Below are positions 8,323 to 16,586 of a DNA stretch of 31,713 bases, piece by piece. Position 1 is the first letter of the stretch. Each line of letters opens with the position of its first letter. Under the pieces are notes generated by a model. That model did not search any database and was not told the DNA's origin. It saw nothing but the letters and a program-made list of their open reading frames with translations. The stretch lies in contig CAZAPD010000044.1 in assembly GCA_964487115.1 (NCBI GenBank), positions 1 through 31,713 of the forward strand. The letters are read 5' to 3'. This stretch comes from an uncultured Thermococci archaeon. GTDB lineage: Archaea > Methanobacteriota_B > Thermococci > Thermococcales > Thermococcaceae. Made by a program: the position numbers and the translations under genes.

Positions 8323-9288
8323 TCACACCCCCATCCACACAAGGGCAACTCCAACTAATGCTATGATGTTCACGTAGACCCAGAATATCCTTGAAGCCTG
8401 CTCTATTCTGAATCTTGCGAAGGACGTCCTTACCAGTGTTATTGCCAGTAGATAGACCACGAGAACCTTGAAGAGGAACCATAATCCCTCCACAACGTAC
8501 AGTGCCGGGCCGGTGAGACTGAGGTTGAATATTGAGCTCAGAGTGAATGGTATGAAGAGCACAACTTCAATGGCGGCCATTGCAAATCCTCTAACTGCAT
8601 CTGAGAGATAGAACAGAGCCAAGTTCCTTCCACTGTATTCAGCGAGCATACCCTCGGCTATTTCTGTCTCTGCTTCGGCTATATCGAAGGGAAGCTTTGC
8701 AAGCTCCGCTGGGGTAACTATAAGGAGTGCAATGAAGAGCAACAGGATGCCTATGCCGGCTAAAGGCCCTACAAGATTCCAGACAGGAGTTGTTGCTATA
8801 GTTGTCAGTGAGAAGCTTCTATAGACTAATGCAAAGCCCACTATCACTGTTGCTAATGGCATTTCATAGCTCATCATGAGCACCATTTCTCTCTGGGCTC
8901 CAACTGATGAGAATGGACTTCCGGATGCGAATCCTCCGATTGCCATTGCGAGGGACTGAAGTGTCAGGAGATAGAGTATGACAACCAGATCACCATAACC
9001 ATCAAGTGGGGCTTTTAGAACTCCGAAGGGTATGTATAAGAGCAGTGTCATTGATGAAGCGAATGCTACAAGAGGCATGGCATTGAAAAGCCACGCCACA
9101 GCGTTCTCAGGCACTATCGTCTCTTTGAGGAGAAGCTTTCCAACATCCCAGAAAGGCTGTCTTATGGGGGGCCCTATTCTTGATGTTAGCCTCGCAGATA
9201 CTCGTCTGTCAATACCTTTATAGACCAACCCGAGGAAGATTCCGAGGATTGGGAAAGCAAAGGCATATGTTATGAATTCTGGAGTCAT
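8323..9288 (-). CDS. mbhM: Mbh2 subunit M (NuoH-like membrane anchor)
   Basis: DRRVSARLTSRIGPP..QPFWD..KLL.KE and PFDIAEAETEIAEGMLAEYSG complex I subunit 1 motifs. Confidence 0.92.
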   Translation of the reverse strand: MTPEFITYAFAFPILGIFLGLVYKGIDRRVSARLTSRIGPPIRQPFWDVGKLLLKETIVPENAVAWLFNAMPLVAFASSMTLLLYIPFGVLKAPLDGYGDLVVILYLLTLQSLAMAIGGFASGSPFSSVGAQREMVLMMSYEMPLATVIVGFALVYRSFSLTTIATTPVWNLVGPLAGIGILLLFIALLIVTPAELAKLPFDIAEAETEIAEGMLAEYSGRNLALFYLSDAVRGFAMAAIEVVLFIPFTLSSIFNLSLTGPALYVVEGLWFLFKVLVVYLLAITLVRTSFARFRIEQASRIFWVYVNIIALVGVALVWMGV

Positions 9289-10526
9289 TCTCTCACCCCC
9301 AGTTCTCTTCGGATTTTCATCGTTTTTTCAATTGCCTTCCTGTGTATGAGTGAATAGTCCATAACCCTGCCATTATTATTTCTCACAACAGCAACCCTGT
9401 CGTTACAGCACATACAGGGATCGATGTATGCCACGACTATGGGTATATCCGCCACTTCTGCACCTAACAGCAGGGGACCCCATGTGTTGATGTTGTTATA
9501 ACTCGGGGCAACAACCTTCCAAACAGCCGGACCATCTCTTTTTCCATCATATTTGAAGTAGTGCACCACTTCTCCTCTTGGTGCTTCATGCATTCCAATG
9601 CCCTCTCCAGCTTTCTTCTTTATCCTGCTCAGCAGAACCACATAGTTTGGAATTGCCATTATCTTTCCTTCTGGCATATTGTCAATGCAGAATTCGATTA
9701 TATCCAAGCTCTGCTCTATCTCGTAGAGCCTTACGAGAGTTATGTCGTATGCATCTCCTTTGGCCTCTCCCACAATGTCTTGGGGGACAACTGCTCTGAC
9801 GCCTATGTCTGCATATGCATCATATGGATTGTCCTGTCTGACGTCCATTCTTAATCCAGCCGCTCTGGCAACTGGACCGCATACATTCAGTTTAAGCGCC
9901 ATCTCCTTTGAAAGCTGGGCAACTCCTCTGGTTCTGGCCTTATAGACCGGGTCGGAGAGAAATACATCCTTCATTTCCTCGGTAAATATTCTGTAGAAGT
10001 CAATTGTATCCTTTATGGCCTTTATTTGGGATTCCTTAATGTCTCTCCTCACACCGCCTATCATGAATACTGAATAGTTTATTCTATTTCCTGTGAGCAG
10101 TTCGAGGAGGTCGAGTACCTTCTCTCTTCCCTTCCATGTCCAGAAGAGAAGGGAATCAAAGCCCATTTCATGTGCTATGACTCCGAGCCAGAGGATGTGA
10201 CTGTGTATCCTCTCAAGTTCCGCTATTATCGGCCTTATGTATTGAGCTCTTGGAGGGGCTTCAATTCCAAGTGCTTTTTCACTTCCAAGAACAAAGGCGT
10301 ATGGATGGGAAATGGAACATATTCCACAGATTCTCTCTGAGAGGTATAGACTTTGAATGGCATTCCTTTTCATACCCATGTACTCTATTCCTCTATGGGC
10401 GAAACCTCTCTTTACATCGACTTTGACAATCTTCTCTCCTTCTACCTCGGCTTCAACCCTTATCGGTTCTTTGAGTGCAGGATGGATTGGACCAACAGGA
10501 ACGTAATATTGGGTCTTCGCCATCAT
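9285..10526 (-). CDS. mbhL: Mbh2 subunit L, group 4 [NiFe]-hydrogenase large subunit
   Basis: GPIHPALKEP, RICGICS (L1), EAPRGE and DPCMCCNDR (L2) followed by a cleavable C-terminal extension. Confidence 0.93.
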   Translation of the reverse strand: MMAKTQYYVPVGPIHPALKEPIRVEAEVEGEKIVKVDVKRGFAHRGIEYMGMKRNAIQSLYLSERICGICSISHPYAFVLGSEKALGIEAPPRAQYIRPIIAELERIHSHILWLGVIAHEMGFDSLLFWTWKGREKVLDLLELLTGNRINYSVFMIGGVRRDIKESQIKAIKDTIDFYRIFTEEMKDVFLSDPVYKARTRGVAQLSKEMALKLNVCGPVARAAGLRMDVRQDNPYDAYADIGVRAVVPQDIVGEAKGDAYDITLVRLYEIEQSLDIIEFCIDNMPEGKIMAIPNYVVLLSRIKKKAGEGIGMHEAPRGEVVHYFKYDGKRDGPAVWKVVAPSYNNINTWGPLLLGAEVADIPIVVAYIDPCMCCNDRVAVVRNNNGRVMDYSLIHRKAIEKTMKIRRELGVRE

Positions 10527-11080
10527 TCTCCCCTCCTTATCTCCTTAACGCTTTTATGAGTGTGCTTGACCATGTCTTCAACTCCGTATTCGTCTTTCCT
10601 CCAAGGATACTTACCCTCTGGCCAATCATCTGGGAGGAACAGATGTCTCTTGTTCTTCAGGCCCTCGAATTCGACTCCAAGCATCTCTCGGATTTCCCTT
10701 TCATTTGTTTCAGCTCCAGGCATCAGATCGGTGATTGTTGGTAGGACTAACTCGCTTTTTGGTAAATCAAATTTCAGTACAATGCTAACCTGCTCCCAAG
10801 GGAAGCCATGGTAGAGTGCAAATCCATAGATCATCTTTATGCTCTTCCCTCCTGTGTCGTCTCCCATTATGAAGTGCAGATGAGGATAATCGAGCTTAAA
10901 TATCTCTTCTACAGTTTTTCTAAATGCATCTTTGTTTATTTCCACCCAGATTTCCTTGTAGGATTTCTTTTTTCTGACTCCGACTGTGTGTTCTCTAATT
11001 TCATAAGAGATAATTGCCTCTCCAAGAGCCTCCTGCAGCTTTTCAAGAATCTGTTCTGCTGTTAATAGTTCTCCCCTCAT
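10523..11080 (-). CDS. mbhK: Mbh2 subunit K (NuoC-like)
   Basis: NEREIREMLGVEFEG..LFLPDDWPEGKYPWRKD. Confidence 0.9.
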   Translation of the reverse strand: MRGELLTAEQILEKLQEALGEAIISYEIREHTVGVRKKKSYKEIWVEINKDAFRKTVEEIFKLDYPHLHFIMGDDTGGKSIKMIYGFALYHGFPWEQVSIVLKFDLPKSELVLPTITDLMPGAETNEREIREMLGVEFEGLKNKRHLFLPDDWPEGKYPWRKDEYGVEDMVKHTHKSVKEIRRGE

Positions 11081-11520
11081 TCTTTCCCCTCCAGCTGTTT
11101 TTCAAGTTTCTCTATCTTGAGCCATGCCTTGACAACTCCGTCGATTATTGCCTCTGGTCTCGGCGGACAGCCTGGAACGTAAACATCAACTGGGATTATC
11201 TCATCTATTGGCCCTGCTATGTTGTAGGAGTCATAAAAGACCCCCCCACTTGTTCCACAGCATCCTACCACCACAACGGCCTTTGGGTCAGGCATCTGCT
11301 CATATATACGCTTCAGCTTGTCGGCGAAGTCCCTTGGTATGGCTCCCGTTACCAGAAGGACATCGGCATGTCTTGGACTGCCAACGAGTTTGATTCCAAA
11401 TCTCTCAGCATCATAGCGTGGCGTTAATGCTGCGATGATCTCAATATCACAGGCATTGCAGCTCCCTCCAGAGGCGTGAAAAACCCAGAGGGAGCGTTTA
11501 AAATTGTATAACTTTCCCAT
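11077..11520 (-). CDS. mbhJ: Mbh2 subunit J, [NiFe]-hydrogenase small subunit (NuoB-like)
   Basis: SCNACDIE, SPRHAD, GCCGTSGG and VPGCPPRPE. GGAGGTG RBS before ATG 11520. Confidence 0.93.
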   Translation of the reverse strand: MGKLYNFKRSLWVFHASGGSCNACDIEIIAALTPRYDAERFGIKLVGSPRHADVLLVTGAIPRDFADKLKRIYEQMPDPKAVVVVGCCGTSGGVFYDSYNIAGPIDEIIPVDVYVPGCPPRPEAIIDGVVKAWLKIEKLEKQLEGKE

Positions 11521-11521
11521 T

Positions 11522-11863
11522 TCATACACCTCCCACGAGGATGAAGAGAACTATTGCTCCTATCCCAAGATACCAGAGTATATAGTCCCTTAGATCGCCA
11601 GTGTGCATTCTCTTGAGTACTACGTAGTACTCATCTAATGCCTCAATGAAGCCCCAGTATATATCCCCAGCTCTGACCATTATCTTCTCCTTTGAAGGCT
11701 CTGCGTTTCCACTGAGGTAAGGCTTTACCTGCTCAGTGTTTTGCTTATAACTTGGATTGCCTCTTGAATAGATGATGTAGCCTATGATTCCGAAGAGGAT
11801 TAGGAATATCAGCCACAACACGGGATCCCAGAATCCCGAAGGTGATAATAAAGTGAAGTTCAT
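11522..11863 (-). CDS. mbhI: Mbh2 subunit I
   Basis: G.W D N-terminal TM, (Y/F)LSG, and HTG.L.DY C-terminal motif shared with the other copy. ATGA overlap with mbhH stop. Confidence 0.85.
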   Translation of the reverse strand: MNFTLLSPSGFWDPVLWLIFLILFGIIGYIIYSRGNPSYKQNTEQVKPYLSGNAEPSKEKIMVRAGDIYWGFIEALDEYYVVLKRMHTGDLRDYILWYLGIGAIVLFILVGGV

Positions 11864-13413
11864 ACCAGACCACCCCATGACTGGTATTGTGCCAGCTTGA
11901 TGAGAGCATCAACAGCTGGATAAATCAGCTTATTCAGTACTACATTCGGGAACAGACCGAAGAGGATACATAGTATTGCTAAGATTATCATTGCAACCAC
12001 CATTGGCTTTGGAACTTCTCTGACATTCTCATACTTCTCAAGCGGCGGTCCAAGGAATGCGGATGCAAACACCTTGACGAATGAGGCAAGTGTTAGAACG
12101 CTTGTAACCATTGCGATTATTGCCAACAGTGGATTGAGCTGATATGACGTCTCATAGATGAGGAACTTGCTGGCAAAGCCATTGAACGGAGGAATGCCTG
12201 ATATTGCTGCGGCTCCAACTATGAAGGCTATCGTGGTATAGGGCATCTTTCTCGCTAAGCCGCCCATCTCGTTGAGATTTCTCGTTCCAGTGACGTAGAA
12301 GAGTGCTCCGGCTGTCATTAACAACAGGCTTTTGTAGATGATATGGTTGATTATGTGGAATATGCCACCCGCCATTGCAGCCCTTCCAAAGGCTGAAAGT
12401 TTTGCTGGATCATTCAGAACTGTGAGGCCGACACCGACACCTAAGAGCATGTAGCCGGTCTGTGAAATTGCGTGATAACTCATGAGCCTTTTAACGTCCT
12501 TCTGAACTAAAGCCATCGTAACACCGATGAACATTGTGAGGACTCCAAGGATGCTCATTATCCAGCCTACCCTTGCCATGTTCCATGTAATGGCCCCGAA
12601 GAGGCTGAAGCTCACCCTAAAGAGAGCGTAGAGGCTTGCATAAGTTGCCACCAGCAGTGTCGGATTTATTCCTGCGGGGACCTCTGTATATGCATCTGGA
12701 ACCCAGTAGTGCATTGGCACTGAACCGCACTTCATAGCGAATGAAACGAAGAGCAATCCTAAGGCAATCATGTCGACGGTATCAAAATGTATCTGCTTGC
12801 TCAGATATGCCATGTTGAGGTTTCCATACTGACCGTAAAGCAGACCGATAGAGAAGAGAACCATCAACGAGGCAACAGCGCTGACGATGAGATATTTAAC
12901 ACCGGCTTCACTTGCCTCGCCACGGTAGTTCCTGAAGCCAACCAGTGCTGAACCTGCTATACCTGCTATCTCAAGGAACACGAAGAGGTTGAACAGGTCT
13001 CCTGTCAGCACCATGCCGAGGATTCCGACTTCGAGGAGGAGAAGCAGCGCATAGTACTTTTCAAGCCCTGTTTCCATTTCAACATGGCTGTATGAGTAGA
13101 GGGCTCCAATAAAGCTCATAAGAGTCGCTGATAGTGCCATGAATGCCCCTATGGCATCTATCTCAAATATAATCCTGACTGGGACTCTGTATCCTGAGGG
13201 TAGAACCAGTGTGGGTTTGTTTGCACCAAAGACATAGACTATGATTCCCTTATTAAGAACCTCCTGAAGTAGGAGAAGTGATAAGCCAAGGGTTGCAGCT
13301 GTGATTACCAGTGCCCAGATAGCGGCCATATTTTGACGTTTCTTGAATAATGGAGTTGTGAATGCTCCGAATAGGGGGACGGCTATCATTAAAGCTGGTA
13401 AGTGCTCCATCAT
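11860..13413 (-). CDS. mbhH: Mbh2 subunit H (MrpD/NuoM-like antiporter subunit)
   Basis: TGDLFNLFVFLEI, K.G.VP.H.W.PDA, KRLMSYHAISQ.GY and GIPPFNGFASK. Highly hydrophobic, 517 aa. Confidence 0.92.
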   Translation of the reverse strand: MMEHLPALMIAVPLFGAFTTPLFKKRQNMAAIWALVITAATLGLSLLLLQEVLNKGIIVYVFGANKPTLVLPSGYRVPVRIIFEIDAIGAFMALSATLMSFIGALYSYSHVEMETGLEKYYALLLLLEVGILGMVLTGDLFNLFVFLEIAGIAGSALVGFRNYRGEASEAGVKYLIVSAVASLMVLFSIGLLYGQYGNLNMAYLSKQIHFDTVDMIALGLLFVSFAMKCGSVPMHYWVPDAYTEVPAGINPTLLVATYASLYALFRVSFSLFGAITWNMARVGWIMSILGVLTMFIGVTMALVQKDVKRLMSYHAISQTGYMLLGVGVGLTVLNDPAKLSAFGRAAMAGGIFHIINHIIYKSLLLMTAGALFYVTGTRNLNEMGGLARKMPYTTIAFIVGAAAISGIPPFNGFASKFLIYETSYQLNPLLAIIAMVTSVLTLASFVKVFASAFLGPPLEKYENVREVPKPMVVAMIILAILCILFGLFPNVVLNKLIYPAVDALIKLAQYQSWGGLV

Positions 13414-13778
13414 CCCCTCAGCCTCCTAATCTTTGTAACATCCAATGTTCCATAATGCCTGTATATGTTGACGGCAAAGGCCAGCATGAGAGCTGATACA
13501 GCAACACCAATGACGATGCTTGTGAGTGTTAGAGCCTGCGGTGTCGGCAGAACCATGTTGCCAACTGCTTTTTTTGGAGCCATTGTATATATTGGAGCAT
13601 AGCCTCCCTTGACATAACCCAAAGCGACCAGGAACAGATTTACAGCACCCTCCAGGATTTCAATTCCGATGACGACTTTTATCAGGTTTCTCTTGAAGCC
13701 TATTGTGTAGAATCCTAAAGCTAAGAGGAGTGCCACTATGATGAAGGGGAAGTTTATTGCTATTATATCACCATTCAT
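13410..13778 (-). CDS. mbhG: Mbh2 subunit G (MrpC-like)
   Basis: KRNLIK, PQALTLTSIVIG and YRHYGTLD...RRLRG. Confidence 0.92.
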   Translation of the reverse strand: MNGDIIAINFPFIIVALLLALGFYTIGFKRNLIKVVIGIEILEGAVNLFLVALGYVKGGYAPIYTMAPKKAVGNMVLPTPQALTLTSIVIGVAVSALMLAFAVNIYRHYGTLDVTKIRRLRG

Positions 13779-14235
13779 CTTTTTTCCCTCCCAAGAGCAG
13801 GAAGAATATCAATACTATGCTTGTTAGGCCTGCCAAGACCTTCATTCCGACAAAGATGTTCATGTATGCAAGTGTTCCACCGGTGTTGAGGTAGCCCGGA
13901 TTGATTCCAATTGGAGTTCTGCCCCCGAATATAAATCCACTGTTGGCTATAACGTTCTTGAAGAATGTGTAGCCCATTAAACCTAAGAGCGCAGTACCCA
14001 GAAAACCAAGAGCACCTATGCTTTCAAGCGGACTTAATGGGACTTTCTCAAATCTCTTTTTGACTATCTCATCTTCACACGCCACTATTAGGAGGGCCAA
14101 TCCGCTCGCAAATACAGCTCCTCCCTGGAAACCACCACCGGGTGTTAGATGCCCGTGAAGAATGATGTATGCACCGAAGACAAGTATCAGCGGAGCTAAT
14201 ATTTTTGTTGTTGTTTTAATGATTGTGGTTGTCAT
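13768..14235 (-). CDS. mbhF: Mbh2 subunit F (MrpB-like)
   Basis: HGHLTPGGGFQGG signature. Confidence 0.92.
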   Translation of the reverse strand: MTTTIIKTTTKILAPLILVFGAYIILHGHLTPGGGFQGGAVFASGLALLIVACEDEIVKKRFEKVPLSPLESIGALGFLGTALLGLMGYTFFKNVIANSGFIFGGRTPIGINPGYLNTGGTLAYMNIFVGMKVLAGLTSIVLIFFLLLGGKKDEW

Positions 14236-14504
14236 TTGCTCACCCCCTTCCTGCGGAGTGCCATCAGAACACCGGCGACTGCGGTGAAGAGGACTGTAGC
14301 CTCACCGAGAGTATCGAAACCTCTGTAGTCAAACACTATACTCGTCACAACGTTGTTTGCAGAAGCCTGCTCCTGAGCATGGGTTATGAAGTAGTGATCC
14401 ATCTCAGCATGTGGTGGGGCACCAAAAGGTCTCAAACTCATCGTTGCCGCTAATAGGAATAGCGTGAATCCAAGGAAAGCAAACAATCCGAGTGCTTTTC
14501 TCAT
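14232..14504 (-). CDS. mbhE: Mbh2 subunit E (MrpA C-terminal/MbhE-like)
   Basis: NVVTSIVFDYRGFDTLGEATVLFTA signature. Confidence 0.92.
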   Translation of the reverse strand: MRKALGLFAFLGFTLFLLAATMSLRPFGAPPHAEMDHYFITHAQEQASANNVVTSIVFDYRGFDTLGEATVLFTAVAGVLMALRRKGVSK

Positions 14505-14764
14505 TCTATCACCTCCTCATCGGTGGTGTTCTTTATCGCAAGCAGGTACATCGCTGTCGTTAGACATGCCCCAACTCCTGCTTCTGCTATTGCTACGTCT
14601 GGCGCCTGAAGAACGTAGAACTCGAGGGACAGAATCAGGCTGAAGACTGCCATTGCGATGACCGCTGATATCAGATTCTTGAATCTTATGGCTGCTATTG
14701 CACTTATAATAAGTCCAAGTCCAACCAGCACCTGCAATGCCCAGAAGAGTTCTCCCAAGTTCAT
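14501..14764 (-). CDS. mbhD: Mbh2 subunit D (DUF4040)
   Basis: LQAPDVAIAEAGVG signature. Confidence 0.92.
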   Translation of the reverse strand: MNLGELFWALQVLVGLGLIISAIAAIRFKNLISAVIAMAVFSLILSLEFYVLQAPDVAIAEAGVGACLTTAMYLLAIKNTTDEEVIE

Positions 14765-15114
14765 AGCCTTCCCTCCAGTTCATCTATTACAGCTCCGTAG
14801 GGTCTAATACCGGATTTTCTTGCCGCCCTGCCGAGTGCATGCGCACCTACTGGATTTGTCAGGACAAGGAATATCACGACAAGGGCGGAGTGTATTCCTA
14901 TGGTTATCCATGCTGGATCCTTCGCTACCCAATAGTATGAGTATATTGAGTAGGTTACTGTGGCAAGAACGATGAATATTGTGCCAAAGGTTGTACACTT
15001 TGTGGCTGCATGGATCCTGGTGTAGACATCAGGAAATCTCAAAATCCCTATGCTTGCAAGGAGATTGAATGTGACTCCTATTGCGAGGAAAATCCCTATG
15101 ATCCACTCTATCAT
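14761..15114 (-). CDS. mbhC: Mbh2 subunit C (MrpG-like)
   Basis: RFPDVYTRIHAATK and LTNPVGAHAL. Confidence 0.92.
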   Translation of the reverse strand: MIEWIIGIFLAIGVTFNLLASIGILRFPDVYTRIHAATKCTTFGTIFIVLATVTYSIYSYYWVAKDPAWITIGIHSALVVIFLVLTNPVGAHALGRAARKSGIRPYGAVIDELEGRL

Positions 15115-15410
15115 GTGCCATCACCCTCACATTCGCATGCGACCCCTACTCTTTTTCTCACCAGATACCTTGCTATGTATAGCGTGGCTATGTAGCTTAG
15201 AACTGCATAGACTAAGGCAACGTCAATGAAGATAGCCTGCTTTGTCACAACCCCATAAAGAACCATGGCTCCAGCGGTTGTTGTGGTCATTGAATCTAAT
15301 GCAACAGCTCTGTCAGGTATTGTTGGGCCAAGTAACAGTCTAATCAGAGTTAACATAGCTGAGAACAATAACAGGATTAAAGCCCACATAAATAAACTCA
15401 CAACTGTCAT
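15111..15410 (-). CDS. mbhB: Mbh2 subunit B (MrpF-like)
   Basis: GPTIPDRAVALD and IDVALVYAVLSYI. ATGA overlap with mbhA stop. Confidence 0.92.
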   Translation of the reverse strand: MTVVSLFMWALILLLFSAMLTLIRLLLGPTIPDRAVALDSMTTTTAGAMVLYGVVTKQAIFIDVALVYAVLSYIATLYIARYLVRKRVGVACECEGDGT

Positions 15411-15910
15411 TCCGCAATCCTCCTTGCCCATTTTGGAAGATATCCACAGAGATCCTCGGGAGTAGGTTTCTCCTTTCCTTCGGGAATGTTAATCCAGTGG
15501 ACATAGAAGTTGCCTTCTTCATCGATTTCAAGTGTAAATGTTCCGGGTGTTAGTGTTATCGAATTGGCGAGCAGGGTTTTGCTCTCGTCCCTCGTAAGTC
15601 CGGGGGATATTTTGACTATCCCTGGTCTTATTTTGCCTGTTATGACCCTGTAGGCAACGTCGAAGTTTGCCTTTGCCATTGCAAAGAAAAATGGGCCGAT
15701 AGCATAGATTATGAACAGTATCCATCTCTTAGGGTTGAAGAAGTATTCAAGTTCTTCGCTCATGATGTTCCTTGTTACATAGCCTATGATTGCAGCTATT
15801 ACTATTCCTGCTATAAGCTCTGCAGGACTCCATGCGATGATATTTCCTGAGCCTGCTGTTAGGATTAAGTAGACGATCAGAGACCATATGAAAGATGTGG
15901 CAAATCCCAT
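15407..15910 (-). CDS. mbhA: Mbh2 subunit A (MrpE-like)
   Basis: KANFDVAYRVI..I.PGIV and LANSITLTPGT. RBS GAGGTGGG. Confidence 0.92.
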   Translation of the reverse strand: MGFATSFIWSLIVYLILTAGSGNIIAWSPAELIAGIVIAAIIGYVTRNIMSEELEYFFNPKRWILFIIYAIGPFFFAMAKANFDVAYRVITGKIRPGIVKISPGLTRDESKTLLANSITLTPGTFTLEIDEEGNFYVHWINIPEGKEKPTPEDLCGYLPKWARRIAE

Positions 15911-15921
15911 TTTCCCACCTC

Positions 15922-15938
15922 AACTTTAAGTTTTAAAC
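15922..15938 (-). promoter_or_regulatory. SurR long motif (GTTn3AACn5GTT), adjacent to the RBS of mbhA copy 2
   Basis: Plus strand AACtttaaGTTttaAAC is an exact match to the Thermococcales SurR long consensus on the minus strand. Confidence 0.75.
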
Positions 15939-15987
15939 CGATAGAGGGCGTATTTTCCCCAAATCTCAATGACAGGTTGTCAGAGAA

Positions 15988-15995
15988 TTTATAAA
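15988..15995 (-). promoter_or_regulatory. TATA box of mbh copy 2 operon
   Basis: TTTATAAA with a purine-rich BRE-like segment upstream (GAAAC on minus strand), about 80 bp from the mbhA start. Confidence 0.6.
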
Positions 15996-16006
15996 TACGT
16001 TTCTAA

Positions 16007-16023
16007 AACAAAAGGTTAAAAAC
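16007..16023 (-). promoter_or_regulatory. SurR long motif upstream of BRE/TATA of mbh copy 2
   Basis: Plus strand AACaaaagGTTaaaAAC is an exact GTTn3AACn5GTT on the minus strand. Confidence 0.75.
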
Positions 16024-16147
16024 CTGAAATTTGACAAATATAAAGAGTTCCGAGCTTTACATACCTCCAAAAAAGGGTTCTCCAATGCATAAATCGAAAT
16101 TTGAATGCACAGAAGCGTTCTTTGATGGTTAGAGTCGAATGAAGATG

Positions 16148-16178
16148 TAAAACTGTAAAAAAAGGGGAATAAGATACA
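16148..16178 (-). terminator. Oligo-T terminator of mbh copy 1 operon
   Basis: T7 tract (A7 at 16157-16163 on +) within a pyrimidine-rich stretch just after the mbhN stop. Confidence 0.6.
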
Positions 16179-16586
16179 CTACTTCTGTGGTGGCTTTTTT
16201 GGTGTCTTTTTCTTCTCTTTAATCCTTTTTTCTATCTCATCTTCCTTGAACCATCGGAGGTTATCATCGTACTTGTCATAGGTAGCCAGTAGAAATTCGC
16301 CACTCATCTCCAAAGCATTTACAGGGCACACATCCACGCACTGCTTGCAGAAGACACATCTGCCAAGCCACAGCGTCACCTTTCTGGCCTCAGGTATATA
16401 TTCAAAAACTCCTGCAGGACAGACCGTAACACACAGTCTGCATCCAACACATTTGTTTGCATGATAGATGAGCTTCCCTCTGAAGTCTTCCGGGACAGGA
16501 ACAGGTTCTTTCTGCGGAAATGGATTTGTGGCCGGCTTTTTGAATAGGTTCCCAAGAACTACAGAAAGGGTTGGGGGAACTTTCAT
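16179..16586 (-). CDS. mbhN: Mbh1 subunit N, 2x[4Fe-4S]
   Basis: CVGCRLCVTVCP, CVFCKQCVDVCP and NLFKKPATNPFP. Confidence 0.93.
   Translation of the reverse strand: MKVPPTLSVVLGNLFKKPATNPFPQKEPVPVPEDFRGKLIYHANKCVGCRLCVTVCPAGVFEYIPEARKVTLWLGRCVFCKQCVDVCPVNALEMSGEFLLATYDKYDDNLRWFKEDEIEKRIKEKKKTPKKPPQK

Noticed and set aside
7861..15910. Second operon as Mbs/Mbx sulfane reductase, or as a formate/CO-linked hydrogenase
   Set aside because: MbhL keeps both CxxC Ni motifs, there is a single MbhH plus MbhI in Mbh order, and no fdh or codh genes are adjacent.
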